The notes under the pieces: generated by a model
Seen by the model: the letters and a program-made list of their open reading frames with translations, nothing else
Database searches by the model: none
Told to the model about the DNA's origin: nothing
Position numbers and translations under genes: made by a program
Part shown: one piece after another, positions 29,791 to 38,080 of the stretch
How the letters are laid out: every line of letters starts with the position of its first letter
How positions within the stretch are numbered: the first letter of the stretch is position 1
IMG/VR virus record: IMGVR_UViG_2576861188_000003
Reading direction: 5' to 3' (one strand)
Length of the DNA stretch: 64,000 nt
From: an uncultured virus (IMG/VR IMGVR_UViG_2576861188_000003)
Lineage: Duplodnaviria; Heunggongvirae; Uroviricota; Caudoviricetes

Positions 29791-29954
29791 GATTTCCCCT
29801 GTTTGGTTGTGGACAAGTCAGCCAGCAGTTCATCCTGAGAGCGGCACGGGTGCCAGCGTTTGCCATCCTTGCCCATGATCCAGCCGTGACCGTAGTGCAT
29901 TGCCGGGCTTTGCTTTACAAGAAGTGACGCGAAAGAAGGTTCTTTAGTCAGCAT
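29754..29954 (-). CDS. Fil-like early protein
   Basis: PSFASLLVKQSPAMHYGHGWIMGKDGKRWHP. Confidence 0.7.
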   Translation of the reverse strand: MLTKEPSFASLLVKQSPAMHYGHGWIMGKDGKRWHPCRSQDELLADLSTTKQGKSWLLKALRRLFH

Positions 29955-29961
29955 AATCACC

Positions 29962-30471
29962 TCAGATCAGACCAAACGAAGCGCCGAGGCCCGTCACGGT
30001 ATCCACCGCGCTTGCCATCGCCGGGTTAGCCTGCAAACGCGCCTGCATCGAAACGGCAGCCAGTGCCATCAGACGAGTTACAGAGTTAATGCTGCTGATA
30101 ACATCGCGGCGGCCTGCGGTGGTTTTCACATCACCCGATACGGCACCGGCGGCAACACGTCCGATTTCAGCTGTAGCGCTCATGACGTAATGCGGCAGCT
30201 TCTCTTTTGCCACTTCGTTCATCGGTACGCATGGCAGGCAGTGAATCTGAGCCAAAAAGCCGTCAACCAGCGTGGAGTCCTCAGTAAGATCGGTAAGCAG
30301 CCAGATTTCCGGCGGCGTCAGTTGATGTGGCTGGTCCGGGTTCAGCTTGTTGCGCAGCGTCTGAACCTTCATTCCTGCGCGGTCTGCCAGTTTCGCCATA
30401 TTGTGACGCAATGCGAAAGCACGGCAGGCTTCATCAAAATGAGGATGTTTGGAAACGCGATAATCAAACAT
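29962..30471 (-). CDS. cII: 186-type CII regulator
   Basis: [28 protein letters not shown]. Confidence 0.88.
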   Translation of the reverse strand: MFDYRVSKHPHFDEACRAFALRHNMAKLADRAGMKVQTLRNKLNPDQPHQLTPPEIWLLTDLTEDSTLVDGFLAQIHCLPCVPMNEVAKEKLPHYVMSATAEIGRVAAGAVSGDVKTTAGRRDVISSINSVTRLMALAAVSMQARLQANPAMASAVDTVTGLGASFGLI

Positions 30472-30503
30472 GTTAGCCTCTGAAATGGTTCTCATAATTG
30501 AAC

Positions 30504-30752
30504 TCACTGACCAACAACAACGTTGTAGTTGAAGGCTGAGTGCTCCATGTTCTTACGAGCCTGCTCTTGCTTGTACTTAAGATACAAAATGGAAACTCGA
30601 CCTTTGTTTTTCTCTTTCTTTTCAATGTAGTTAGCAAGTTTACCGTTATGAATCATCTGATAAACAGAGCCGCGAGAGTACCCCTCCCACTCCGCGAACT
30701 CTGCTGGAGTCGCTATCACTTTTGGTACACGAATTGAAATCTCAGTGCTCAT
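30504..30752 (-). CDS. Cox/Apl-like repressor-excisionase
   Basis: Small wHTH (TPAEFAEWEGYSRGSVYQMI) divergent from cI; GTTTTATATG at 30789 recurs inverted at 32566 near att. Confidence 0.8.
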   Translation of the reverse strand: MSTEISIRVPKVIATPAEFAEWEGYSRGSVYQMIHNGKLANYIEKKEKNKGRVSILYLKYKQEQARKNMEHSAFNYNVVVGQ

Positions 30753-30868
30753 AGTGCAGTATCTCTTAGTTTAGTTTCGTTTTATCTCGTTTTATATGGT
30801 TTGAGTTTGGTTTTCAAAACCTGAATGGATATTAGGATCACTTTTTATATGCGTCAAGGGGTTTGATT

Positions 30869-31501
30869 ATGAGTTTAATCAAGGCTGGTAACGATAGCGG
30901 CGGGCGTGATGCGATCAATAGGCTCATTAAGGCCTACAATTTTAGCTCGCGCCAACAACTGTGCGAGCATCTGTCAGTATCAAAAAGCACTATGGCAAAC
31001 AGATACTTACGAGATAGCTTTCCCGCTGAATGGGTTATCCAATGTGCTCTTGAAACTGGAATATCTCTTTTATGGCTGGCCACTGGTCAGGGGGAAATGT
31101 ATGCAAGTGACAGCGAGGAAAAAAATCTCAAAAAGGAAACTCCAGTCACAGTAAGACCACTTTCTAAAATCGTTGCTCCCAGCATCAAACACGCGGAGTT
31201 GAAGAACGGTGAACTGCAGCCAGATGATGAAATGCTTTTGGATAGCAGGTTGTTAGAGGGTGAGTCTTCAAATTCTTTGTTCGTAAAGACACCTACAGAT
31301 AGTTTTGTTGTTGATACATCCGTGAAACAGATCAGCAATGGCTTTTGGCTGGTAGATATCGATGGTGTAAAAAGCTTCGTCAAAATCTCACGCATCCCAG
31401 GTAATAGGATTGTGGTTCAACAAGATGAAGCATCTTTTGAGTGCTCAGTGGATGATGTTGAAGTCATCGGGCGCGCAGTCAAAGTTATCAAGAGTCTATA
31501 A
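30869..31501 (+). CDS. cI: 186-type CI repressor
   Basis: VSKSTMANRYLRDSFPAEWVIQCALETG...WLATGQG. Confidence 0.9.
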   Translation: MSLIKAGNDSGGRDAINRLIKAYNFSSRQQLCEHLSVSKSTMANRYLRDSFPAEWVIQCALETGISLLWLATGQGEMYASDSEEKNLKKETPVTVRPLSKIVAPSIKHAELKNGELQPDDEMLLDSRLLEGESSNSLFVKTPTDSFVVDTSVKQISNGFWLVDIDGVKSFVKISRIPGNRIVVQQDEASFECSVDDVEVIGRAVKVIKSL

Positions 31502-31504
31502 CGT

Positions 31505-32530
31505 ATGACTATCAGGAAGCAGCCGAACGGAAAATGGTTGTGCGAGTGTTACCCGACCGGGCGCGACGGAAAGCGAGTACGCAAGCAGTTTGCGACGAAA
31601 GGCGAGGCTATAGCATTTGAAAACTTCACCATGGATGAAGTTAACAAAAAGCCCTGGCTGGGAGAAAAGGAAGACCGGCGCCATTTGTCAGAGGTGATTG
31701 AGCAATGGCATTCACTCTACGGACAGACCCTTGCTGACCCTAAACGCCTAATGGCGAAACTCAGAATTATTTGCAATGGCCTAGGTGATCCCATTGCATC
31801 GGAGTTAACCGCAGGTGATTTCACAAAATACCGGGAAGCCCGGTTAAAGGGGGAAATTAAAAATGAAGATGGCGTACTCATGGCGCCAGTTAAACCCCGG
31901 ACAGTAAACCTTGAACAACGCAACCTCTCCTCTGTATTTGGCACGCTGAAAAAGATGGGGCATTGGTCAGCACCAAACCCCTTAGCAGGGCTGCCCACAT
32001 TCAAGATCGCTGAAGGGGAACTGGCGTTCCTGGCTGAGGATGAAATCAAACGCCTGCTAGATGCCTGCGCTGATTCTCAAAGTCCTAGCCTGCTGATGAT
32101 TGCAAAAATTTGCCTGGCGACCGGCGCACGCTGGAGCGAAGCCGAAAACCTGCAGGGACATCAGCTATCAAAGTATCGAATTACCTATACCAAAACCAAA
32201 GGTAAGAAAAACAGGACCGTACCTATCTCTCAGGAACTGTACGATGAACTCCCCAAAAACCGAGGAAGGTTATTCACTCCATGCAGAAAAGCTTTTGAGC
32301 GTGCAGTGAAACGGGCTGGCATTGATTTACCTGAGGGGCAATGCACCCACGTACTGCGTCATACCTTTGCAAGTCATTTTATGATGAATGGAGGAAACAT
32401 ACTGGTACTGCGCGATATTCTGGGCCACGCAGATATCAAAATGACGATGGTATACGCCCACTTTGCCCCCGACCATCTGGAAGATGCAGTAACAAAAAAC
32501 CCGCTTCACAATCTTAACTGGAACCGATAA
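31505..32530 (+). CDS. int: Tyrosine integrase
   Basis: TGARWSE, HVLRHTFASH, LGHADIKMTMVYAH; adjacent to att. Confidence 0.96.
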   Translation: MTIRKQPNGKWLCECYPTGRDGKRVRKQFATKGEAIAFENFTMDEVNKKPWLGEKEDRRHLSEVIEQWHSLYGQTLADPKRLMAKLRIICNGLGDPIASELTAGDFTKYREARLKGEIKNEDGVLMAPVKPRTVNLEQRNLSSVFGTLKKMGHWSAPNPLAGLPTFKIAEGELAFLAEDEIKRLLDACADSQSPSLLMIAKICLATGARWSEAENLQGHQLSKYRITYTKTKGKKNRTVPISQELYDELPKNRGRLFTPCRKAFERAVKRAGIDLPEGQCTHVLRHTFASHFMMNGGNILVLRDILGHADIKMTMVYAHFAPDHLEDAVTKNPLHNLNWNR

Positions 32531-32647
32531 TTTATGGCGGCAGATTGGCGGCATAGACTTAAAATCATATAAAACCTGACGAACACCAATTACAATAACA
32601 TGATGATTTTATTATTAAATATCTGTTTTTATTACTATTAAAATGGT

Positions 32648-32692
32648 ATGTAGAAATTTCGGACGCGGGTTCAACTCCCGCCAGCTCCACCA
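32648..32692 (+). repeat. att core copy 2; junction between the two prophages
   Basis: Exact 45-bp duplicate of 1486-1530. Confidence 0.95.
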
Positions 32693-32784
32693 CTTTTGAT
32701 AGGACTGCAACCGGACAGCGGCAATAAAAACAGCCACTTACGGACTCTGACCAGACAGAGCGCAGACCGAGAAAAGACAAAAAA

Positions 32785-32804
32785 ATGCTCGTGAAATGCA
32801 CGTG
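32785..32804 (+). promoter_or_regulatory. Putative arm-type sites of the second element
   Basis: ATGCTCGTG / ATGCACGTG direct repeat, 11-bp period, ~95 bp from the att core. Confidence 0.45.
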
Positions 32805-32815
32805 CACTTTACAAG

Positions 32816-32844
32816 AACCCCAGATTTCACGGTCTGGGGTTTTT
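32816..32844 (+). terminator. Intrinsic terminator downstream of att copy 2
   Basis: AACCCCAGAT-TTCAC-GGTCTGGGGTT-TTT. Confidence 0.7.
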
Positions 32845-33197
32845 CTATTTGTAACTAAGGGTAACAAAAATACACTCTTTCAGGTCCAAACCTACTAACA
32901 TTTATTTACCTGTCATGCTGGGTTGTCAAAGCTAGTGTAGCGGGTACCGAGAAGCCAAAAAAATTGAAGCCAATTCCAGCTAAGAGACTAAACGACCAAC
33001 GGCTGCGAAGGGAGCCAGAATGCAAGAACGTGTGCTGCACTAATTTTTTGAAGAGCTTTATACATTCCATATCTTCAAGTTCTTTGCGCCCTCTTAACTC
33101 GATAAATCACCAGGTTACCTACTTCTGTAGTTCGTGGTAACTTAGTGTCAGTTCACGTTTTATGCTGCTGACCTGCCCCCACGATTAGATACAACAC

Positions 33198-34031
33198 TCA
33201 GTTAGTAACGTCGGAATCTTCATTCTCAGAATGACCCTTTCTCCAGCCCGCTGCAAATTCAGACGGTGTCTGATAATTCAGCGTGGAGTGCGGGCGGCAT
33301 TCGTTATAATCCTGCCGCCAGTCATTAATAATTTTCCTGGCATGAACGATATCGCTGAACCAGTGCTCATTCAAACATTCATCGCGAAATCGTCCGTTAA
33401 AGCTCTCAATAAATCCGTTCTGCGTTGGCTTGCCCGGCTGGATTAAGCGCAACTCAACACCATGCTCAAAGGCCCATTGATCCAGTGCACGGCAAGTGAA
33501 CTCCGGCCCCTGGTCAGTTCTTATCGTCGCCGGATAGCCTCGAAACAGTGCAATGCTGTCCAGAATACGCGTGACCTGAACGCCTGAAATCCCAAAGGCA
33601 ACAGTGACCGTCAGGCATTCCTTTGTGAAATCATCGACGCAGGTAAGACACTTGATCCTGCGACCGGTGGAAAGTGCGTCCATGACGAAATCCATCGACC
33701 AGGTCAGATTGGGCGCCGCCGGACGGAGCAGCGGCAGACGTTCTGTTGCCAGCCCTTTACGACGTCTTCTGCGTTTTACGCCCAGGCCACTGAGGTGATA
33801 AAGCCGGTACACGCGCTTATGATTAACATGAAGCCCTTCACGGCGCAGCAACTGCCAAATACGACGGTAGCCAAAACGCCTGCGCTCTAGTGCCAGCTCA
33901 GTGATGCGCCCTGATAAATGCGCATCAGCAGCCGGACGGTGAGCCTCATAGCGGCAGGTCGACAGGGATAAACCTGTAAGCCTGCAGGCACGACGTTGCG
34001 ACAGACCGGTCGCATCACACATCAACATCAC
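33198..34031 (-). CDS. IS3 OrfB DDE transposase (fused to OrfA by -1 frameshift)
   Basis: [27 protein letters not shown]. Confidence 0.93.
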   Translation of the reverse strand: MMLMCDATGLSQRRACRLTGLSLSTCRYEAHRPAADAHLSGRITELALERRRFGYRRIWQLLRREGLHVNHKRVYRLYHLSGLGVKRRRRRKGLATERLPLLRPAAPNLTWSMDFVMDALSTGRRIKCLTCVDDFTKECLTVTVAFGISGVQVTRILDSIALFRGYPATIRTDQGPEFTCRALDQWAFEHGVELRLIQPGKPTQNGFIESFNGRFRDECLNEHWFSDIVHARKIINDWRQDYNECRPHSTLNYQTPSEFAAGWRKGHSENEDSDVTN

Positions 34032-34054
34032 GGCTTCCCGCTTCTGGTCTGTCG

Positions 34055-34318
34055 TCAGTACTTTCGCCCAAGAGCCACCTGAAGCGCCTCTTTATCCAGC
34101 ATGGCTTCGGCAAGCAGCTTCTTGAGTCTGGTGTTCTCTTCCTCAAGCGACTTCAGGCGCTTAACTTCAGGCACCTCCATACCGCCATACTTCTTACGCC
34201 AGGTGTAAAACGTGGCATCGGAAATGGCATGCTTGCGGCAGAGTTCACGGGCGGGTACCCCAGCTTCGGCTTCGCGGAGAATACTGATGATCTGTTCGTC
34301 GGAAAAACGCTTCTTCAT
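34055..34318 (-). CDS. IS3 OrfA
   Basis: [18 protein letters not shown]; ends CGA-AAG-TAC-TGA. Confidence 0.93.
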   Translation of the reverse strand: MKKRFSDEQIISILREAEAGVPARELCRKHAISDATFYTWRKKYGGMEVPEVKRLKSLEEENTRLKKLLAEAMLDKEALQVALGRKY

Positions 34319-34438
34319 GGGGATGTCCTCATGTGGCTTATGAAGACATTACTAACATCGGGGTGTACTAATCAACGGGGAGCAGGTCACTGCTATTACG
34401 TTGTTGTGCCACTTCTCCGCGTGTTGATCAGGTGAAGG

Positions 34439-34467
34439 TTGCATTGATACTGTTTAGAGAACATAAT
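34439..34467 (+). promoter_or_regulatory. Putative sigma70 promoter
   Basis: TTGCAT-N17-CATAAT, 30 nt before ORF 34497. Confidence 0.5.
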
Positions 34468-34496
34468 TTAACCAAGATGCTCTCTGGAGAACTGTC

Positions 34497-34676
34497 ATGA
34501 TTCGCAAGTTAATTAAAAAGCTTACTTCTGATGCACCCAAAGCAGGTGTAGATGAGTTACAGCAAATTTATGACGAAATCGAAGCTCAGCAACAGCGCAT
34601 AGCTCAGGAAAAAGCGAAAATAAAAGAGGAGCATGAGGATGGTTCAAGACTCACAAAACATAGATTCACTATTTGA
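34497..34676 (+). CDS. 59-aa helical/coiled-coil protein (absent from ORF track)
   Basis: RBS GGAGA; MIRKLIKKLTSDAPKAGVDELQQIYDEIEAQQQRIAQEKAKIKEEHEDGSRLTKHRFTI. Confidence 0.7.
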   Translation: MIRKLIKKLTSDAPKAGVDELQQIYDEIEAQQQRIAQEKAKIKEEHEDGSRLTKHRFTI

Positions 34677-35463
34677 TTTTTTGTATGTAGATAGAGAAAG
34701 AGTAGGTTCTTTAACCGCCCAACTATTCCCGTCAGGTGTTCTTAGTACCATCAAGCAAACTTCATCTACGTCCGAAAGCGACCAGAAAGAACTTAAGGGT
34801 GGTATCCCGCTTATAAGTGCGAAGACAAATGCAGGGGAAGCATGGGCCAGATCTCAAGAAAGACTTTTCGATTCATCATGGAGCCTTCCTTTAAATCTTA
34901 TCGATAAACTGGATGAGTTATCCCTGATTCAAGACAATGTTTCTAAGTCGCATTTAGGCCAGATCATTATAGCTACCGGGAAAATTAAACTTTTCGATGT
35001 TAAAATGGTTCATGACATCATGCCTATTTTCAAAAAAATTAAACAGGATGAGTTAAAAAGCGCTAAGAATGTAACCCAAAAGCAATCAATTAAAGAAGAG
35101 ATAAACAATGCTGATAACGCAATTGGTATGCTATCTCTTTTGCCGTTTTCTACCCAAATCGAATTTTCTGATGAGCAAGGAAATTTATTTTGGATGTCAG
35201 TAAAACCTGACGATTTAACAATAGATTCTGGTAATTTGACTCTCAAATACGGTCCGCGGATTCCGGGTGATTGGCATGTTGTTGGCTTTATCGATGCTCA
35301 CCCTGAAGAAGAGATCACGGCCCCAGAACTTTCTGATGGTTTTCCAACAAATGAATTAAAAGAAGGTATGGATGGGATGCTACACACCATCAGGGAACTA
35401 ATGGGGCGCAGCCCGCAATCCTATGGGTTAACCCCCTTACTTATCTTCAGAAAAGTATCTTAG
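34639..35463 (+). CDS. Hypothetical protein, 274 aa, possibly DUF6414-like
   Basis: RBS GAGGAG; N-terminal DFLYVDRERVGSLTAQL motif; AT-rich. Confidence 0.7.
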   Translation: MVQDSQNIDSLFDFLYVDRERVGSLTAQLFPSGVLSTIKQTSSTSESDQKELKGGIPLISAKTNAGEAWARSQERLFDSSWSLPLNLIDKLDELSLIQDNVSKSHLGQIIIATGKIKLFDVKMVHDIMPIFKKIKQDELKSAKNVTQKQSIKEEINNADNAIGMLSLLPFSTQIEFSDEQGNLFWMSVKPDDLTIDSGNLTLKYGPRIPGDWHVVGFIDAHPEEEITAPELSDGFPTNELKEGMDGMLHTIRELMGRSPQSYGLTPLLIFRKVS

Positions 35464-35642
35464 CGCACATTAGCCTAGCTAGCTTTATTCTCGCTGGGCT
35501 TCCTATAAACGCCTTTTTCTTTCTTCTGCATTTTTAATACTAAAGTGCATGCACTTTAAAACCTTCCCGAACTCACAGCCTAATCTTTCCATTTATAACT
35601 GAGATTCACAAAACCAGCCCCCTCCCTAACGCTCAACTCGTC

Positions 35643-35688
35643 TTGACACTGTTCATTTTTACAGTAAAAATACTGTATGCAACCACAG
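35643..35688 (+). promoter_or_regulatory. SOS promoter with two LexA boxes
   Basis: TTGACA at 35643; CTG-N10-CAG at 35649-35664 and 35673-35688. Confidence 0.85.
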
Positions 35689-35706
35689 TGGTTTTCGGAG
35701 GCTTTT

Positions 35707-35946
35707 ATGTTCATTGAACTGGTTTATGACAAGCGAAATGTAGAGGGGCTTGAAGGGGCCAGAGAGATCATCCTGGCAGAGCTGACGAAAAGGGTGCACC
35801 AGATTTTCCCTGATGCCGAAGTGAGGGTTAAGCCGATGCAGGCGAACGGCTTAAATAGCGATGCCAGCAAAAGCGATCGGGAAAAGCTCAACCGCATGCT
35901 GGAGGAAATGTTTGAAGAGTCCGACATGTGGCTGGTGGAAGACTAA
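35707..35946 (+). CDS. DinI-like family protein
   Basis: MFIELVYDKRN...AELTKRVHQIFPDAEVRVKPM...MFEESDMWL; LexA boxes upstream. Confidence 0.85.
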   Translation: MFIELVYDKRNVEGLEGAREIILAELTKRVHQIFPDAEVRVKPMQANGLNSDASKSDREKLNRMLEEMFEESDMWLVED

Positions 35947-36068
35947 CCCTGAAAACCCTGATAAAACTCCAGGTTATCCAGTTTTCTTTTAGAGTTTATC
36001 ATTATCCATATTTGCCATCAGAAATGGGCTCATATGATGGTTAATCCATCTATATAACGGAAAATGAT

Positions 36069-36902
36069 ATGAAAATGAGTTTTTATGCTATTTATTATAG
36101 CAATGGAAAAGATAACTCACCATGTAACCTTTTTGAATCCCTTTCTTCACAGGTCGTCGAAAAGAAAGGTAACGCCCTTGAAGTTGACGATTATTTCGTT
36201 TTCGCCCATCACATTGTTGACAAAAGCTTCTTGCTAACAAAGACATATGATTCTGCCTTTGTTAAAAGGGTAAATAAGAAAACATTTTCTATCGATGAAA
36301 TGAAGAATGCTTTGGGTAATGATGAAACCCTTGCTTTCCCTTCCTTTCTTTTAGTGAAAGACAACATCATTGGTTATGCATCATCTCAACACGGCCCCAG
36401 AACAAGAGATCTGCAGATTTATCTTTCCAATAAATTGGATATTCCGATGGGCTTCAAACTTTGTATTGAACCTCTGATGCGTGATGTTAGTAAAGATGAT
36501 GCTTTAGAAATGCAGTTCATCGGCAGAACCACGCTTAGGGTGGAAAGCGGGTCTAAGCTGTTCAGCCCTTTGCTTAGAGCAACAGGTATTGAAACTATTG
36601 ACGAAGAACTTTTAGATGGTATTGAGATCACGCTAAAGCCGAAGAGAGCAAGAAACATTCGAGACATGGCGAAGGAACTCATTAAAAACGCCGATGACAG
36701 CCATAGCGATATACTCATCAAAGGTAAAGAGCAGGCAGCCGATCTTCTTACGGAATACTACCTGTCTAATAAAGGGCATCTGGCAGCTAATCTATATAAA
36801 TCGACAAACGAAGATATCGCAGAAGAGATGGAAACATGCTTCATAAGAATGAAGTCTGTTATAATGAAAAGCTATAACGATGCGTTTGATAGTGCGTTTT
36901 AA
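36069..36902 (+). CDS. rexA: RexA-family exclusion/abortive-infection sensor
   Basis: Colinear with recalled lambda RexA: FYA.Y, FPSFL, IEPLMR..KDD, FIGRTT, LTE.YLS.KGHL.A.L.K.TN..IAEEM. Confidence 0.9.
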   Translation: MKMSFYAIYYSNGKDNSPCNLFESLSSQVVEKKGNALEVDDYFVFAHHIVDKSFLLTKTYDSAFVKRVNKKTFSIDEMKNALGNDETLAFPSFLLVKDNIIGYASSQHGPRTRDLQIYLSNKLDIPMGFKLCIEPLMRDVSKDDALEMQFIGRTTLRVESGSKLFSPLLRATGIETIDEELLDGIEITLKPKRARNIRDMAKELIKNADDSHSDILIKGKEQAADLLTEYYLSNKGHLAANLYKSTNEDIAEEMETCFIRMKSVIMKSYNDAFDSAF

Positions 36903-36929
36903 CTATCATTGGATTACAAGGAGGCGGCA

Positions 36930-37373
36930 ATGTCACAGAACCACAAAGTCATGCCAGGTGTAATTCTTTTTGCATTGCCATACTTTCCTGTTATTGCAGC
37001 TTATTTTGCATTCAGATACTTGGTTCCTGGCGTTTCCTTCTCTGAGCATAGAGACGCGCTTGGAGCAGCGATAGCCTCATATGCAGGCACAACGATCGCA
37101 ATTCTGATCGCTGCGTTAACGTTTGTGATAGGTATTGGTGGCAGAAACATGCATAAGGTAAAGTCTTATGGATACATGACAACTGTCATCATCATGTACG
37201 CTCTTACGTTTGCTGAGTTAGGGATTGTTTTCTTCATGGGGCTTTTTCTCATGGCTACCAGCAAAGAACCGATTAATTTTCTCCCGACTCTGTCTATTGG
37301 ATTCGCTGCTACTTCATTGATGCACATTAGTTTGCTTTTAGTACAACTGTTCAACTTCTCCAAGAAAAAGTAG
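36930..37373 (+). CDS. rexB: RexB-family membrane effector
   Basis: RBS AAGGAGG; MPGV, PGVSFS.HRD.LGA, SYAGT.IAILIAALTF.IG, YGYMT as in lambda RexB; about 4 TM. Confidence 0.9.
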   Translation: MSQNHKVMPGVILFALPYFPVIAAYFAFRYLVPGVSFSEHRDALGAAIASYAGTTIAILIAALTFVIGIGGRNMHKVKSYGYMTTVIIMYALTFAELGIVFFMGLFLMATSKEPINFLPTLSIGFAATSLMHISLLLVQLFNFSKKK

Positions 37374-37374
37374 A

Positions 37375-37397
37375 CCGGCCACCGTGCCGGGTTTTTC
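37375..37397 (+). terminator. Terminator after rexB
   Basis: CCGGC-CACCGT-GCCGG-GTTTTT. Confidence 0.7.
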
Positions 37398-37710
37398 ACT
37401 CGGATTTTCTGCTCTTTCCGGTCCTGATTTTCAGCAACGCATCCAGTTCTTTACTTGCGTCTTTGCGACGCAGGAAGAAAGACTCCTCTTTTTCACGCTT
37501 CATCTCCCTTTCAATCATAAGAACAGGTTCGACCGGCACAGCCTGCAATGCAGCTATACAATCCTCACGTGTAAATAGAAGCGGAGCTCGAGGTCTATCA
37601 CTTATACGGTAAGCCTTTAGCCTTCCTTCCAAAACCCATCGCGTCACAGTCCCCCTTGAGATGCCAAGTAGCTCGGCAGCTTCCTTTCGTGTCAACGTTA
37701 GCTTTTCCAT
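37396..37710 (-). CDS. P22 Xis-like HTH protein
   Basis: LTRKEAAELLGISRGTVTRWVLEGRL...CIAALQ resembles recalled P22 Xis. Confidence 0.75.
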   Translation of the reverse strand: MEKLTLTRKEAAELLGISRGTVTRWVLEGRLKAYRISDRPRAPLLFTREDCIAALQAVPVEPVLMIEREMKREKEESFFLRRKDASKELDALLKIRTGKSRKSE

Positions 37711-37775
37711 GGATGCCCTCGCAATCCTGTTCGGATACAGCCATCCTGACACAAAACGCTTTAGGGGTATATATC

Positions 37776-38000
37776 ATGCCAAAAACACGCACAGACCTTA
37801 CCGATGATTCACTTATTGACCTGAAATACATTACAAACGATTCGGGATTCACCGCTAAATATTTTTACTCACTGATGAAGCGGGGGGAGTTCCCCGCTCC
37901 GATAAAGCTCGGCAGAAGTTCGAGGTGGCTACTCAAAGATTATTCTGAATGGAAAGCCAGACATATTGGGAGGAGAGACTCGAGGCAACGTCTCAAGTAA
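37776..38000 (+). CDS. AlpA-family regulator/RDF
   Basis: FYSLMKRGEFPAPIKLGRSSRW. Confidence 0.85.
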   Translation: MPKTRTDLTDDSLIDLKYITNDSGFTAKYFYSLMKRGEFPAPIKLGRSSRWLLKDYSEWKARHIGRRDSRQRLK

Positions 38001-38038
38001 ACTATAGTTCGGTAGCTTGGCATGAACACTGAGCAACC

Positions 38039-38080
38039 AACCGCCGCCCGTCTTATGCAAGAACGGGCGGCGGTTTTTTT
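38039..38080. terminator. Strong hairpin terminator between alpA-like gene and tail fibre
   Basis: AACCGCCGCCCGT...ACGGGCGGCGGTT-TTTTT. Confidence 0.8.

Larger units (their letters stand above)
1486..32692. mobile_element. P2/186/Fels-2-like prophage integrated in the ssrA 3' end, apparently complete
   Basis: 45-bp direct repeats at both ends; full head, tail, lysis, replication, switch and integrase gene set. Confidence 0.96.
33169..34389 (-). mobile_element. IS3-family (IS407 group) element, IS1222-like, 1221 bp
   Basis: Imperfect terminal IRs TGACCTGC.CCC...GTTAGTAA.GTC; CTGC target duplication at 33165-33168 and 34390-34393. Confidence 0.93.

Noticed and set aside
32648..32692. tRNA-like T-arm and CCA
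   Set aside because: Only the duplicated ssrA 3' end (att core), not a complete tRNA
32880..33168. Short minus-strand ORFs (about 54 and 25 aa) next to the IS
   Set aside because: No convincing RBS or motif and no continuation across the IS; cannot support a gene or pseudogene call
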